From IMG/VR virus record IMGVR_UViG_3300035661_000037, positions 18,712 through 82,711 of that record: a stretch of DNA of 64,000 nucleotides; one strand, given 5' to 3'. This DNA is from a virus. The notes beneath the pieces are model-generated. The model was not told the origin of the DNA, did no database searches, and worked only from the letters and a program-made list of their open reading frames with translations. Shown here piece by piece: positions 27,401 through 37,700 of the stretch (position 1 is its first letter; the number at the start of each line of letters is the position of its first letter). The position numbers and the translations under genes are program-made.

Positions 27401-30197
27401 CTATTTCGGCATTGGCGTTTTCTACACCAAACAGATTGTTGCTAATAGTGTACAAACTATTTTCAAATTGTTTTTGCTCCGCCGTATCTTTCTGGAGTAA
27501 GTTTATATTACTTATTATTTTTTCTGATTCTAAATTGGCTTCTGTGATATCTTTTGTTTGTGCAGATATCTGCGCCAATTCGTAGTTAGCCGTCTCAAGT
27601 GCTTTTTGCTGCGGCGTTAGGTTCTTCCATACATCTTTCTCGTTTATTTTTGCCCACTCTACTTCAACCCTAGTCAAGTTTACGCCATACTTATCAAAAG
27701 AATCCTGCCTAGCAGTTATTTCTGCGTTTAGCTGACCTAACTTAGACTTATAGTTATCTTTTTCTACTTTTTCAAGCTCGTTTGCCTTTTTAATAAGGAA
27801 GTCGTAATATTTTGTAGCCTCGGTAAGCAGTTTGTCGGCCTCCGCACGAGTTATTTTGCCGCTAGTTAGCTTTCCGCCAACCTCATTACCAACATTGGTC
27901 AGTAGCTTATTAGCTTCTGCAATAGCAGCTTCTTTTTTCGAAGTAGGGTTTATTTTATCGTACGCCGCTTTCAATTCCTCTAATGCGGGCTTCAATTTAC
28001 CAGTTACCTCATTCAAGTCTACTTGACTTTGTATTTTTTCTTTATATATTTCTAAAGTCTCAACTTCTATAGCTAGTTGCGCTGCCCTTTCATCTCTAAT
28101 ACGGCTATCAACAGTACTGAATCTATATTTACTACCGGCGTCTTCAACTTCCTTTTGCTTCTGTAGCACACCTAATTTTTCTTTATCTATAGATAGTAGT
28201 CTATCCGCAGCTGCTACTTGCTGCTCTAAAGAATCTTTACCGGAACTATTAAGCCCCAGTGCATCTAAAGCCGACGAACTCGTAACCGCCGCCTCGCGTG
28301 ACTTCTGACGACTAGCCTGTTCTGCTATAGCATCATTTATAAACCCCCCTGCTGCCCCAGCACCAGCAAGATTTTTTAATTTTCGTATGCGGGACTCCTG
28401 AGTATTAAAAAAGTCACCTAGTTTATTACTTATTGAGTCAATCCACCCGAGGTGGTCTGCGAGAACATAAGCACCAAGCACAACCGCACCAATTACACCG
28501 CCAGCACCAAGCAACCCAACAGCCCCCTTTGCTGCGCGACCTACCTTTTCTATGCCCGTTAGTTGCGCTGTATATGCGACTACGTGAGCATCGGCTTGTG
28601 CTAGTGTAGCTGCGGTGTCAGCAACCTTAACTACTGTATTACCTACTATTATACCCCGCAGAGATAGCAATGCCTCACCTAGTTTAGTTACTTGAGATAT
28701 TGCTGCATCGGCTAAAAATAGCCCGACCCACAATCCAGCGATTATAGTTATCGGGGTTATTAGTTTAGAGATTAGCCTGTCTAGTGCTACAAATATTGGA
28801 GCTAACGCCCCTACGATAGTAAACACAACTTGGAACGCACTGCCAATAGCTTTTATTACTGACCAATATGCTTCCACAGCTTTTGACACTTCTGGGTTTA
28901 ACTTTAGTGTACCGTCTACATCTACTGTACCTAAATAGTTGGCAAGATCTATAACTGCTGATTTTATCGCCCCGAACCCCTCCTTGTCTGATAACAGTAA
29001 CCCCAGCCTTGATTGAAGGACATCCCACGCTCCTGTTAGCGTCTTAGTTCTAACTTCTTCCGCAACTACTATGAAACCCTGTAGTCTTTCAGTTAGCATC
29101 TTAACAAGAACGTCGGGGCCTTCATTTGTCCACTGTTTAAGTATCGCATCAGTAACACCTATAGATCTAGCCAAGGTACTTGAGGCAGGTTGAATTCCGC
29201 CAGAAATAAGATCCCTTACCTCTTGTACATACTGCTGCGAGCTAAGTCCAAGTGAGGAGACCGCGATAGCACCAGCAGTAGCAACTTGACGTATTTGCGT
29301 AAGGTTCAGGTGTGCTGTAAGACCGCCAGAAATTGCGGCTTGGTTCACCTCAGTAAGTCTTCCAAGCTCAATACCGTACTTTAAAGAGTCTTTTTGGATC
29401 TCCTTAACATACTGCCCAGATACCTGCCATGCTTGACCGAATGTAAGTGCTTCTCCATTTAGTGTTGCCATTGAAAGTAATATCCCAGCTATACCAGTCT
29501 GCGCATCCTCTATACGCTTCAACGATGCTATACCAAATAAAGCTGGGCCGCCTATAAGTGCGACGAGAGCAGTAAATCCATATATTGCACCAGTAACCTC
29601 AAATGTCAGAGACGCAAGGGATGCCGCAAGTTTTTGTACTTCACCACGGCCTCTAGCATTACCGGTCTCAAACAATTTAACAGCTGTAGCAGCCTTATCA
29701 AATACGACTCCAGAACGGATTCCTTGGGCTTCAAGCTGTGCTAAATTGTCTTTGGCGATGCGTAAGCCGGCATTGTGGCTTTCTAGTAACCCAGCTACAC
29801 GGGCTTGCGGGGAAGATGCGTTAGCTGCTTGCAGTTGTGCTGCTGCGGTTTTAGCATCTTGAGTTCTGATAGCTAGTTCCGATTTATACGCGCGTGTGTA
29901 CTCTCTATCCAGCGACATCATCGCAGATATTTTTGCTTTTTGATTTGATATCTCTTGTTTACTATAGTTGTCAGAATTAGTAACCATCTGCAACAACTTT
30001 TCTTTTTGTGCTAATATGTCAGACTGTGCTATAGCCTTGTTAGCGGCGGACGACATGGTGGCTTTGCGTGCTTGGGACTTCTCAAATATATCATCCGCTG
30101 TGCGAGTAATCGTGCCGATAGCCGCAACCATCTGCGCTTGAGCCTTAGATGGGTCAATTACTATCGAAATCTCTAATTCGTTATTTGTGCCAGCCAT
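24441..30197 (-). CDS. tape measure protein
   Basis: 1918 aa, Ala-rich helical, TM region, C-terminal FAVGSNYIP...LHQGE; follows the tail chaperones. Confidence 0.92.
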   Translation of the reverse strand: MAGTNNELEISIVIDPSKAQAQMVAAIGTITRTADDIFEKSQARKATMSSAANKAIAQSDILAQKEKLLQMVTNSDNYSKQEISNQKAKISAMMSLDREYTRAYKSELAIRTQDAKTAAAQLQAANASSPQARVAGLLESHNAGLRIAKDNLAQLEAQGIRSGVVFDKAATAVKLFETGNARGRGEVQKLAASLASLTFEVTGAIYGFTALVALIGGPALFGIASLKRIEDAQTGIAGILLSMATLNGEALTFGQAWQVSGQYVKEIQKDSLKYGIELGRLTEVNQAAISGGLTAHLNLTQIRQVATAGAIAVSSLGLSSQQYVQEVRDLISGGIQPASSTLARSIGVTDAILKQWTNEGPDVLVKMLTERLQGFIVVAEEVRTKTLTGAWDVLQSRLGLLLSDKEGFGAIKSAVIDLANYLGTVDVDGTLKLNPEVSKAVEAYWSVIKAIGSAFQVVFTIVGALAPIFVALDRLISKLITPITIIAGLWVGLFLADAAISQVTKLGEALLSLRGIIVGNTVVKVADTAATLAQADAHVVAYTAQLTGIEKVGRAAKGAVGLLGAGGVIGAVVLGAYVLADHLGWIDSISNKLGDFFNTQESRIRKLKNLAGAGAAGGFINDAIAEQASRQKSREAAVTSSSALDALGLNSSGKDSLEQQVAAADRLLSIDKEKLGVLQKQKEVEDAGSKYRFSTVDSRIRDERAAQLAIEVETLEIYKEKIQSQVDLNEVTGKLKPALEELKAAYDKINPTSKKEAAIAEANKLLTNVGNEVGGKLTSGKITRAEADKLLTEATKYYDFLIKKANELEKVEKDNYKSKLGQLNAEITARQDSFDKYGVNLTRVEVEWAKINEKDVWKNLTPQQKALETANYELAQISAQTKDITEANLESEKIISNINLLQKDTAEQKQFENSLYTISNNLFGVENANAEIALALRKEAVALEKELLDIVNNPKFRGDDQKAARDKALIAAANASENRSTLLPSELELAKFQANVAKISSALFTGVLTPGTDILTNIVNNFGKALSAAINTSLSSAVTSIVNGKDISGTDLVTLGIGIASNLLSSSASVAEIASVTASEVQKLQGTGTVLGSLTEQSMSISNSLTSLQENTLVTSKYSASMAKSLKSIEASTAGFIAIAAITLGGDIAKNLNVPRASTGRYADGKSEFDLTLQTTVDQGFRAGLDIITFGLAEFFGGPKLAGKITDFLLGSSKSKVSDTGLIIQGTIEALRAGNGISQYVSGITTTQSLGGLRSNDTTFTNTSNVTGGLAEAIGSIYSNIADSLTTLAVSFGQDGSGVTDTINKFQTSIGKLSLEGLSAEGKIKALNAAISKDADLLAAELFPSFVHFQLAGEGLFQTVVRVAQEVDNLNYFFKSLGREANITAERADALTQKLGGIASATSKYRAFLDGFAPLDVTLANATSALQALGFTNLETLTTTEQWWAFQQMATDDQLVAILNNIPAIQAYISATTMQTQATSQATAASAAAADALAGLIKSFTDGFAPLDVVVSNTTDALKQLGFTNLDLLTTTQSWWDLLQSSNEDQRNAILNNQPAIQAYIAAIDKQTQATSDAAAASATAADALASLVKSFTDGFAPLDVVVSNTTNALKQLGFTNLDLLTTTQSWWDLLQSSNEDQRSAILNNQPAIQAYIAAVDKQKTALESSAAAIKAETDAKVASAQTAYDASKSASDSLKAVAVSIRELIASLGRSTVSSLLESFDVINTLAASGDTSAQGKLSNAATGYIAAATAGARTQSDVDRATAYVKNALEATASGIEATVSSADATLSATLASNTFLKSITTNTAATANNIATLVTSLGLLSTTVIAVPPVPSFAVGSNYIPTDMMAQLHQGEQVTPRVYVDKERGERAETNNLLEALREELRAIGIPLVQNTKITAKLLKQFDSDGLPETRLVSA
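25220..25990 (-). repeat. 276-bp (92-aa) internal repeat, about three copies, in the tape measure gene
   Basis: FxDGFAPLDV...GFTNL...WW...ILNNxPAIQAYI units; offset 25422 to 25698. Confidence 0.9.
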
Positions 30198-30224
30198 AAA
30201 ATTAGCCTCTGATAAATTACCACG

Positions 30225-30253
30225 CTTATATCACATATTTATTGATTTGACAA
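30225..30253 (-). promoter_or_regulatory. late-class promoter for the tape measure gene
   Basis: TTGTCA-17-TATAAG. Confidence 0.65.
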
Positions 30254-30271
30254 ACATTTTAAAACGTGAAA

Positions 30272-30297
30272 AACCACCCTATAAGTTTAGGGTGGTT
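30272..30297 (-). terminator. intrinsic terminator-like hairpin
   Basis: AACCACCCTA-AACTTA-TAGGGTGGTT followed by TT. Confidence 0.65.
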
Positions 30298-30314
30298 GGC
30301 AGGAGTGTTCAAGG

Positions 30315-30518
30315 TTAAGCCGACTTATAAATCTTCATACCCTCAACAACTTTTGCGCACTTATAACGGGTCTCTAAACCTTGGCGCTTACATGTTTGGT
30401 TCCGCGCAAATACAAGCTGCCTAGCAAACTTGTACCCTGCGCCATGCTCGGCCTCAGTAAGTGTAAAACTATCCCCAACATTGACGAGGCTTCCCCAATC
30501 GTATTTATTTCGCTGCAT
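30315..30518 (-). CDS. hypothetical protein
   Basis: KYDWGSLVNVGDSF motif of small phage proteins. Confidence 0.6.
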   Translation of the reverse strand: MQRNKYDWGSLVNVGDSFTLTEAEHGAGYKFARQLVFARNQTCKRQGLETRYKCAKVVEGMKIYKSA

Positions 30519-31247
30519 TTGACTTCCTTTCTGATTCTTCGTAACGCATATTCAAATAGTCTCTATCAACCGCCAAGAGTATTTGTTCATACATCTCTGG
30601 GTCATCATCACCTACATGTTTGGCACGTTGCGTTATCCGTGTAACAGGTATCGCACCTTCTGACATTGCGTTGACACGTTCTGTACCTAATGTATAAAAC
30701 TCACTTAAGTAGTAGGCATCTAGCAATCCAATCTCAGGCTTTGTGTTTAGCACATCTGGTCGCCTATAGGTAGGTTCATCTTTAAATAACTCATACGCTT
30801 CCTGAGCCAGTTTATAAGATGGCCCATACTTTATAGACCATTCCAGATGCGCACTCAGTTTTTTACAACTTCCTCAATCGTTTCCTTGCGGAATGTTTCA
30901 GGCTCTTCTGCCAAGTTCTCAATAAGTTTACGTAGATCAACATATTCTTTATCTAGCATGAGTTCTACGGCGGTTTCTTTGGTGAATGGTAGATCCGCAC
31001 CATCCTTAGTGAACCCAGCCCAGCCCAGCAAAACTGTACCACAGTAACACTCCATAACTACGCGCTCTAGCTTATCGTTGTCCAAACTTTTGAAAGAGGT
31101 GCCAAATTTTTTGGCAACAATGCGAAGAGATTTATTAAATTTTTCGTTGCCAGCACGCGCCACAGTTACAGATGCGCCATCACCAATATCTACTGTAGTT
31201 CCTTCTTGGCTCATCTTACCGTCTGTTTTAAACTTGTTCAAATTCAT
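30505..31247 (-). CDS. tail assembly chaperone pair (gpG 30855-31247, gpGT by -1 frameshift)
   Basis: A AAA AAC at 30858-30864 just before TGA; the -1 frame stays open into ORF 30505-30753. Confidence 0.85.
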
Positions 31248-31332
31248 TTGTGAAGCTCCTTAAATTATGGGTATGGTGAAACAGCCATGTTTATACATCA
31301 TATAATTATACGCTGTCAAGAACTATTTACAC

Positions 31333-31360
31333 AAAATAAAAGACCCTCCTCGGAGGGTCT
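31333..31360 (-). terminator. intrinsic terminator after the tail tube gene
   Basis: AGACCCTCC-GA-GGAGGGTCT plus TTTATTTT; near copy of the capsid terminator. Confidence 0.85.
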
Positions 31361-31379
31361 AATCTTAGACATATCAAGT

Positions 31380-32756
31380 TTACATAACAGATAGTTGCAG
31401 CATATAGTTAGGTGAGTATGTTGTGCTAATCAACGCTGTAGCAGTCATATCCACGAGAGTGTCGGTGTTCAGACTAGCTGCGGAACGTGTACCAGCAGAA
31501 AATTTAACTTTTGGCATATCTACGATGAGGTAATTTCCGCTACTGTCTTGCAATACATATTCTACGCTAGTTGCGGTATTATTCAAAAATTTTGCCAGTA
31601 GCATAGGCTCATTAAAGTATGCGGATATAGTTAAAGTTGCTCCAAATGTTCCGTTTTGGGTATCTACACTATACAAACTACCTATAGCGTCCAGCGAGCG
31701 AAGGTTATTTGTAGTTGATAGATTTAGTGTTTTAAACAATGTAGTAGTTGATGCCGAACCACCCTCAAAGATACCAGATGATGCGACGTTAGCTTGCGCA
31801 GACAAGATGGGGTTGTTGGTAGACGCAGTGGCGGCTGTGTTATCGCCGAACCCAGGAGCTGCTGTTATCGTTGTAGATGTCACAGTCTGTGACGCGCTCA
31901 CCGTGTAGGTACCAGTGCCTCCCGTACCAGTCAAGAATGCCGTAATTGTAGTGCCTGCGGTTACACCAGTTCCAGAAATAACGTCACCAACACTCAAACT
32001 TGCTACAGCGGCCACAGTCACCGTAAGCACGGTAGTTGCGATAGAACCCGTGCAGATTATAGAGCCTCTAGTGTCTCTGCCGATCATGGCGGCGGTAGCT
32101 GTAACTAGCGCACCGGAAGCAACGTTAAGCGCTAAAGTATTAACGGAAAGACCTTTACTAACATACGAAATATTAGGGAGGTCGGTGTATTCTACCTGCA
32201 TAGAGAACGATGGCTGTAAGACACCATTACGATAATTTTTGCTACTTATTGTTGTTGACGCACTTGCCGTGTCGGTAACTAATGTTTTTCGGCTAACTAC
32301 AATTTTACCGGTTGTTGCTGAAACAATCTTAGCAACCCCGTTATTTGCGTTGTTAGTTGCGCCTACGATCTTAACCCACCCACCTAGAGGTAAGCTGTTT
32401 ATAGTAAAACCAGAAGCTGCACTGTTGATAGAGTTGTCGGCTGAAGCAAAACTAATATCTGCGGCAGTCAATGTATACAGCGTTACAGGGGCGCAGCCAA
32501 GCGCTGACTCAATCAATGGGTCATACTCGGCATGGCTATACTCGAATGCTACATCGCCTGATGTAGATGCTCCAGTCGGTACAAGATCGGATACTCCACG
32601 GTCACTACGAACCTCTGTAGAGGATACAGTAGTAATAGCAGGGTTAATATTTACTGAAGTCTTCCGCAAGGCGATTTTCTTGCTAGTAGGCGTAACACCT
32701 TCAGTAACTTCGCGTAAGTATGATAGATTTGTAAGATTACCTTGTGCATTTGCCAT
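31380..32756 (-). CDS. major tail tube protein with inserted accessory domains
   Basis: [30 protein letters not shown]; strong terminator downstream. Confidence 0.85.
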   Translation of the reverse strand: MANAQGNLTNLSYLREVTEGVTPTSKKIALRKTSVNINPAITTVSSTEVRSDRGVSDLVPTGASTSGDVAFEYSHAEYDPLIESALGCAPVTLYTLTAADISFASADNSINSAASGFTINSLPLGGWVKIVGATNNANNGVAKIVSATTGKIVVSRKTLVTDTASASTTISSKNYRNGVLQPSFSMQVEYTDLPNISYVSKGLSVNTLALNVASGALVTATAAMIGRDTRGSIICTGSIATTVLTVTVAAVASLSVGDVISGTGVTAGTTITAFLTGTGGTGTYTVSASQTVTSTTITAAPGFGDNTAATASTNNPILSAQANVASSGIFEGGSASTTTLFKTLNLSTTNNLRSLDAIGSLYSVDTQNGTFGATLTISAYFNEPMLLAKFLNNTATSVEYVLQDSSGNYLIVDMPKVKFSAGTRSAASLNTDTLVDMTATALISTTYSPNYMLQLSVM

Positions 32757-32773
32757 GTTAAAACTCCTTTAAT

Positions 32774-33199
32774 TTAAACTACAATATCATGAAAATATGG
32801 TATCGCCACAATCATCTGGTACCATTGGGTAGTGCTCTGAACACCGTTAATACTAAAATACTGCTCACCAATCCTGCGAACATCAGGCTCTTCAAACGTT
32901 ATCCCAGATACTTGTTTGTCCCTAAAGATATCCTGCACTGAATCTGCCAAGTCACGAGCTGCCCTAGAACCTTTATTTATCGGTGTATAAATATTTACAA
33001 ACACCGTGCCTGTGGATCTGCGTAACTGCGCACCTGAACCTATTGACGCTTTGCTTGACACGCCATCCCAGCACTCTATACTTACCCAAGACACCGCTGG
33101 GACTGTAAAAGGGGCGTTGTCATACTTTATATCGGTAGTGGCTGCCCAGCCAGTTGCGAACAAGTTTTCAATAGCAATGTTTATCGCGGAAGTAGCCAT
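32774..33199 (-). CDS. tail terminator (DUF4128-like)
   Basis: IKYDNAPF, GTVFVNIYTP..KG; position before the tail tube gene. Confidence 0.75.
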   Translation of the reverse strand: MATSAINIAIENLFATGWAATTDIKYDNAPFTVPAVSWVSIECWDGVSSKASIGSGAQLRRSTGTVFVNIYTPINKGSRAARDLADSVQDIFRDKQVSGITFEEPDVRRIGEQYFSINGVQSTTQWYQMIVAIPYFHDIVV

Positions 33200-33243
33200 G
33201 TGTAGTGTGTACCACACAATAGCTTACATGTCAAGAGGTACAG

Positions 33244-33666
33244 CTAGAATAGTTTAAACTTTTGTAGTGCTTGATTCTTTGCGTAAGCTGCAATCATCCA
33301 ACCACCTTGCGGGTGGGTTCTTGTACCTTCATACTCAACCTTATAGGCATGTTTGGCGGTATTGCTTACATATATAGGTGTAAATGGAGCTTGGTAATAA
33401 GGCTCCTGAAATTTGTTATAGGGTGGTTGGTAGGTAATATCAGGCTTTCCAAACTTAACTGATGGGGCGGCTAACACGCGATCACTAGGTTTACCTATAG
33501 CTATATCCCAAGAGGCATTATATAACCCTGACCAGCGCGGCTCGTCTTGGTGTATCGCAGCATTATATGCCACTGATGCGGTAATGGCAGTAGCCTCGGC
33601 AACCTTGCGACCTATTGCAACCTCAAGGTTCTTAAGTGATTCGGGATTTATTTTGAAGGATATCAT
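33244..33666 (-). CDS. neck protein (HK97 gp10-like)
   Basis: SGLYNASW...IYVSNTAKHAYKVEY. Confidence 0.65.
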   Translation of the reverse strand: MISFKINPESLKNLEVAIGRKVAEATAITASVAYNAAIHQDEPRWSGLYNASWDIAIGKPSDRVLAAPSVKFGKPDITYQPPYNKFQEPYYQAPFTPIYVSNTAKHAYKVEYEGTRTHPQGGWMIAAYAKNQALQKFKLF

Positions 33667-33669
33667 ACA

Positions 33670-34038
33670 TCACGGAGAACGTAACTGAAATGTCCAGATA
33701 GCCCCTGAAGGGTCTGGGTTAAAGTTGACAATGTTGTATGTTTTGGCTGTGGTAACTACAGTATCTAGGGCTATGTTAGGTGATACGTTTAGCGATGATT
33801 GCTGAACGATCATTTTAACATCTGAAATTTGTAGTCCGACATTGTTAGATAGCTCCAGCTCTGTAAACCTTAGAAATATCACTTTAGCTAATAGGGTATC
33901 AGCATTAGTTGAGGTATTTGTACCTGTCGCCGGTACGTATACTGTAGTAGTTCTCCGATAAGTCGCTGACGTAGGTATATCCCCTAGTGCTAAGAAGGCG
34001 GAGTTTACAGCAGCAGCAATTGTTCCTCGAAGCCCCAT
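33670..34038 (-). CDS. head closure / head-tail joining protein
   Basis: Position; YVPATG, DVKMIV, PSGAIWTFQLR. Confidence 0.65.
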   Translation of the reverse strand: MGLRGTIAAAVNSAFLALGDIPTSATYRRTTTVYVPATGTNTSTNADTLLAKVIFLRFTELELSNNVGLQISDVKMIVQQSSLNVSPNIALDTVVTTAKTYNIVNFNPDPSGAIWTFQLRSP

Positions 34039-34568
34039 TACACCCTCACAATCGTAGCTTGATATGGGTTACTGTTTATAACATAGCGCCATATAATATT
34101 TTTAACTGAGTTGTTTAGCCATGACGGTCTATCATTCTTATCTAGTTTAAGTTCCACTGTATCAACTCGTAGGGCTGAAATACCAGCAGTATCAGAAGTC
34201 TTAGTAGGATCTGCGGCAATCAACCACATCGCAGCCTCTGCGGTAGCATCGGCAAGAAATGTAGGTATCGTTGCAGGATCGAACATATAGGTATTATACA
34301 GGGCATCTGCGCCGTACCAATAGTCCCCACCATCAATAAACAATCCTGTACGCGGGAACTCGTGTGACTGGTTGACAACTGTTCTAGCGCCCCGCCATTG
34401 TAACGAATCAAAGTTACGGGTAGCCCAGATTAGTGCTGCTTCTTTGGTAGCGGTTAGCGCACCTGTCCATGATGTATTGTGTAGGCGGGTAGCATGGTAT
34501 GCGTCAGCAGCCGCGACACTTGAAAAACTATTAAATCCTGCCAACGATGGGTCAGAAACTAGTGCCAT
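34038..34568 (-). CDS. head-tail adaptor (DnaT-like family)
   Basis: NSFSSVAAADAYH, KEAALIWAT, QSHEFPR. Confidence 0.8.
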   Translation of the reverse strand: MALVSDPSLAGFNSFSSVAAADAYHATRLHNTSWTGALTATKEAALIWATRNFDSLQWRGARTVVNQSHEFPRTGLFIDGGDYWYGADALYNTYMFDPATIPTFLADATAEAAMWLIAADPTKTSDTAGISALRVDTVELKLDKNDRPSWLNNSVKNIIWRYVINSNPYQATIVRV

Positions 34569-34570
34569 GA

Positions 34571-34792
34571 TTAGCCGCCGTAGGTATTATGCCATTTCCA
34601 ACCACGTACCCAACCTTCGTCGGTCTTTGCCGCCAGACCTTCAGCCATTAGGCGTTCACCTATAGCATCGTCAATCAGTGTCGGGCGACCTTGTAACAAG
34701 CGACCTACTGCGCGATCACGGGAAGTGTCTACTACCAGCGTATCTTGTGTATCTTGGGTCTCTGACACTTCAAGTTTTTGATATTTTGCCAT
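34571..34792 (-). CDS. hypothetical protein
   Basis: ORF within the operon. Confidence 0.55.
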   Translation of the reverse strand: MAKYQKLEVSETQDTQDTLVVDTSRDRAVGRLLQGRPTLIDDAIGERLMAEGLAAKTDEGWVRGWKWHNTYGG

Positions 34793-34802
34793 TGTATTTC
34801 CC

Positions 34803-35060
34803 CTATTGCTTATCTTGTTTACCGTCTAGCTTAGATTCTATACGGTCTAACTTTTTAAATAATGCGTCTTCAAATCCCTTTAGCTCTATGCGGGTAACAT
34901 ACTGACCTGCTACAAGTAGTTCAATACCTTGAACTTTATCCGCCAAACTGGTGTCAGTGGCTTTAAGTTCTTTCATAGAGTCCGATAGCCCTCTAACCCA
35001 AATACCCCCAAAGAATGCGGTAAGACCCATTAGTATGTTAATCATCGTTTGGTTATCCAT
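34803..35060 (-). CDS. small membrane-anchored coiled-coil protein
   Basis: N-terminal TM; YVTR.E...KLDRIESKLD. Confidence 0.7.
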   Translation of the reverse strand: MDNQTMINILMGLTAFFGGIWVRGLSDSMKELKATDTSLADKVQGIELLVAGQYVTRIELKGFEDALFKKLDRIESKLDGKQDKQ

Positions 35061-35131
35061 CGACTATTTCCGATTCTTTTTTCTTTGATTTACAAGCCAT
35101 ATGATCCCCTTAAATAGTTATGGTGCTTGTA

Positions 35132-36019
35132 TCATAGTGTTTGTGGTTTGTCAACTTGATTCGCCATTTCTGATAACCATTTGTAATACTTCAACTCGTG
35201 TTTATCTTGGGTGGTGTAGATAGGCATGTCAGGCCAGTGGTGATTACCTTTTGATATGTTCACACTAGCTGGTATCACGCTCAAGTTACCCTCCCAATGC
35301 AGCCCACTAACATAATTACTAATCAGTGGGACTATGTGGTCAACGTGCCATGAAAACCCAGTAGATATTGTGCGCAACGTGCATAGGTCGTCTATCTCTG
35401 CTAGTATGAAATCGTCAGCCCAGCTTACAAAGGCTTTGCTCATCGAATTTTTACGCTTTATTTTATACTTACGTTTGGTGGCTTTTACTTTTGATGGCAT
35501 TCCTTTGGAACACCTAGCCCGCCTATTGTGTTTATCTTCTTTAGATAAACTAGCGTAAACCCCTCGGCTCTTTTCTATAAGCATGTCTCTATTTTTAGCA
35601 TAGTACTTAGCCTTATACACGCTACGCTTATCTTTATCCCGCAAACGCTTAGAAATTAATTCATGCTTATTGTTTGCAGCATACACTTTTGCATAATCCG
35701 CCGAACATAGCTTGCATATAGACTCCACCGAGTACCTTCCCAATAGTGCTGGATAATACTCCCCAATAACTTTAGGTATTTTGCAGGTAGTGCAAGTCTT
35801 AAATGTTTCTGGACTGTATTCTGCTGGCGTTTTCGCTAATACCTTTTCCTTGTATGCCGCAGATGCTTTATTATATTTAGGTTTGTCAGCAACATATCTT
35901 CTAGCTGCTCCGAGCGACGCGCATAACTTACACCCAGAACCTATTTTATATACATAGCCGCACGTGGTGCACTTCCTAACAGAATAGCTTATGGGGTTTC
36001 TCATTGGTTTACGCAGCAT
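35132..36019 (-). CDS. HNH endonuclease (homing-like)
   Basis: CxxC pairs and a basic region; WHVDHIVPL...SGLH..GNL...NISKGN. Confidence 0.88.
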   Translation of the reverse strand: MLRKPMRNPISYSVRKCTTCGYVYKIGSGCKLCASLGAARRYVADKPKYNKASAAYKEKVLAKTPAEYSPETFKTCTTCKIPKVIGEYYPALLGRYSVESICKLCSADYAKVYAANNKHELISKRLRDKDKRSVYKAKYYAKNRDMLIEKSRGVYASLSKEDKHNRRARCSKGMPSKVKATKRKYKIKRKNSMSKAFVSWADDFILAEIDDLCTLRTISTGFSWHVDHIVPLISNYVSGLHWEGNLSVIPASVNISKGNHHWPDMPIYTTQDKHELKYYKWLSEMANQVDKPQTL

Positions 36020-37190
36020 AAACCATTTTCGGAGATATTGTTATTCTCGCTACTTCCCCATATTCTTTATGGTAGGTTATTACCTTAGCATCTCGACCAG
36101 AAGAATAACCACTACGAGATGAGTAAGAGTCTTTGGCAGTCAATGTACGGTGCTGTTCAACTACCATCAGATTAGACTCTTTAACTCGTGCGTGGTGGTA
36201 GTGCCCCATATGAGCATATGAGTATTTGGTACGTCCGAAAACTTCACGGAACTTAGATACCATCACGTCATCAATGCTGTCAAACTTTACTCGGTGGCCA
36301 TGGTGTACAAAGAGCGATGTGAGTCCGTGCTCGTAGCAGTAGAAAATATCGGGTGAGTCGTTGACACTGACGCGAGGCTCATTAGCATATAAGGAAGCCA
36401 TCATTTCCCGCATCCATACAGATGACGCAATATCGTGATTACCTTCCGCGATAATGATATTTAGGTGTTGGTGTTTCTGCAACAGCATAGAAATAATCCT
36501 ACGTAAACTACGTATTGCTACACGTACAACAAGCTGGAAGCGCGCGTCGCTATCCAGAAGGTTCTTACCAGTAGGTGTTTGTGATTCTAGCCCATCAGTA
36601 TGTAGCTGATCGCCCATAATTGCTAGGCATCCAGTAGATGCGTCTGGTGACTGCCTGACAGCGGTTGCAAACCAATTTACAAGTAAGTCCTCAGCTATCT
36701 TCAAGTCCCAATCTTCTCCACATTCTATTGACCAACTTTTAGATCCGAGATGAAAATCCGTGATAGGATAAAAGTTAAGTAGAGTATCATCAGTATGCGG
36801 AATAATCTTGATAGGTTTTTCAGGCGGGATACTTTCCGAAAACGCTTTTGCAGCCTCTTTCAAAAGTTCCTGATACTTGGCATCGTCTAAGGTCGCCTTA
36901 ACCCACTGAGCCGATACACCCCCCTCAGCATTGTAAAGTGTTGAGATGCCCTTGGCGATAAACGCATTTGCTACAGGGTGCGTCATGCTATGATCTGGTG
37001 AGAAACCTTTAGATTCCGCACGGGCTTTGATGCGCTCCATACCTTTGCGAACACTTCTCTCGTTGACACTCAGTAGTTCCTCACAGGCTCTCCAAGATAG
37101 TCCATCAGCACGTGCTCTAACAAACGATTCTTCACGTTCTGTCACACAAAATGGTAGGTACTGTAGCAGTTCTTTAGTTGTCAATGACAT
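36009..37190 (-). CDS. metallophosphoesterase with N-terminal HTH-like region
   Basis: TDFHLG, GDQLH, GNHD, HHGH, GHYH. Confidence 0.85.
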   Translation of the reverse strand: MSLTTKELLQYLPFCVTEREESFVRARADGLSWRACEELLSVNERSVRKGMERIKARAESKGFSPDHSMTHPVANAFIAKGISTLYNAEGGVSAQWVKATLDDAKYQELLKEAAKAFSESIPPEKPIKIIPHTDDTLLNFYPITDFHLGSKSWSIECGEDWDLKIAEDLLVNWFATAVRQSPDASTGCLAIMGDQLHTDGLESQTPTGKNLLDSDARFQLVVRVAIRSLRRIISMLLQKHQHLNIIIAEGNHDIASSVWMREMMASLYANEPRVSVNDSPDIFYCYEHGLTSLFVHHGHRVKFDSIDDVMVSKFREVFGRTKYSYAHMGHYHHARVKESNLMVVEQHRTLTAKDSYSSRSGYSSGRDAKVITYHKEYGEVARITISPKMVYAA

Positions 37191-37656
37191 TTATATCTTT
37201 CATAAGTGGTTGAAGGACTGGGGCTTGGGTTAATGTGATGTGGATCGTGGGTATGATAGCTTGCTGACCTTCGATAGTTTTCGCGTTCTCTTGCAATACT
37301 TTACCAGTCTTGCCGAGTAGCGTGTAAATCTTAACTTTCTCTGCGAGCGCTGCATCAGGATTCGCCATTACCATTGGCACCCAGTCGTCGGTGTACAGCT
37401 CAAACAAACTCTTGGCTTTGGTCTCTATAGCCCCTGAACCTTTTTTAAGTTCGGATACCGCCATAGTTACAGCTTTGGCAAACTTCTTTGATTGTTTTAA
37501 GAGTTGTAGTTGCCCGATGTCAATGTCAAACTGTTCGCATAACTCGCTCTCAGTCCATGGTTTGTTGAGCATAGCTACACGATTCTCTGCCATCGCGTAG
37601 GCTAACATTTGATCGAATGGGATGTCTTCGGTAGATAGGGGGAGTTGTTCAGTCAT
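37174..37656 (-). CDS. putative terminase small subunit
   Basis: N-terminal HTH-like segment, helical core, C-terminal beta strand IHITL; no other TerS candidate next to TerL. Confidence 0.45.
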   Translation of the reverse strand: MTEQLPLSTEDIPFDQMLAYAMAENRVAMLNKPWTESELCEQFDIDIGQLQLLKQSKKFAKAVTMAVSELKKGSGAIETKAKSLFELYTDDWVPMVMANPDAALAEKVKIYTLLGKTGKVLQENAKTIEGQQAIIPTIHITLTQAPVLQPLMKDINVIDN

Positions 37657-37700
37657 TTAGGGTGTTTGTGTAACGTGAACGGCATGGCGTTGGGAACATT

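Noticed and set aside
26299-27585. 428-aa + strand ORF and similar long antisense ORFs (49251-50090, 13243-13815, 47029-47616, 39255-39827)
   Set aside because: Shadows of well-supported opposite-strand genes, with no recognisable motifs
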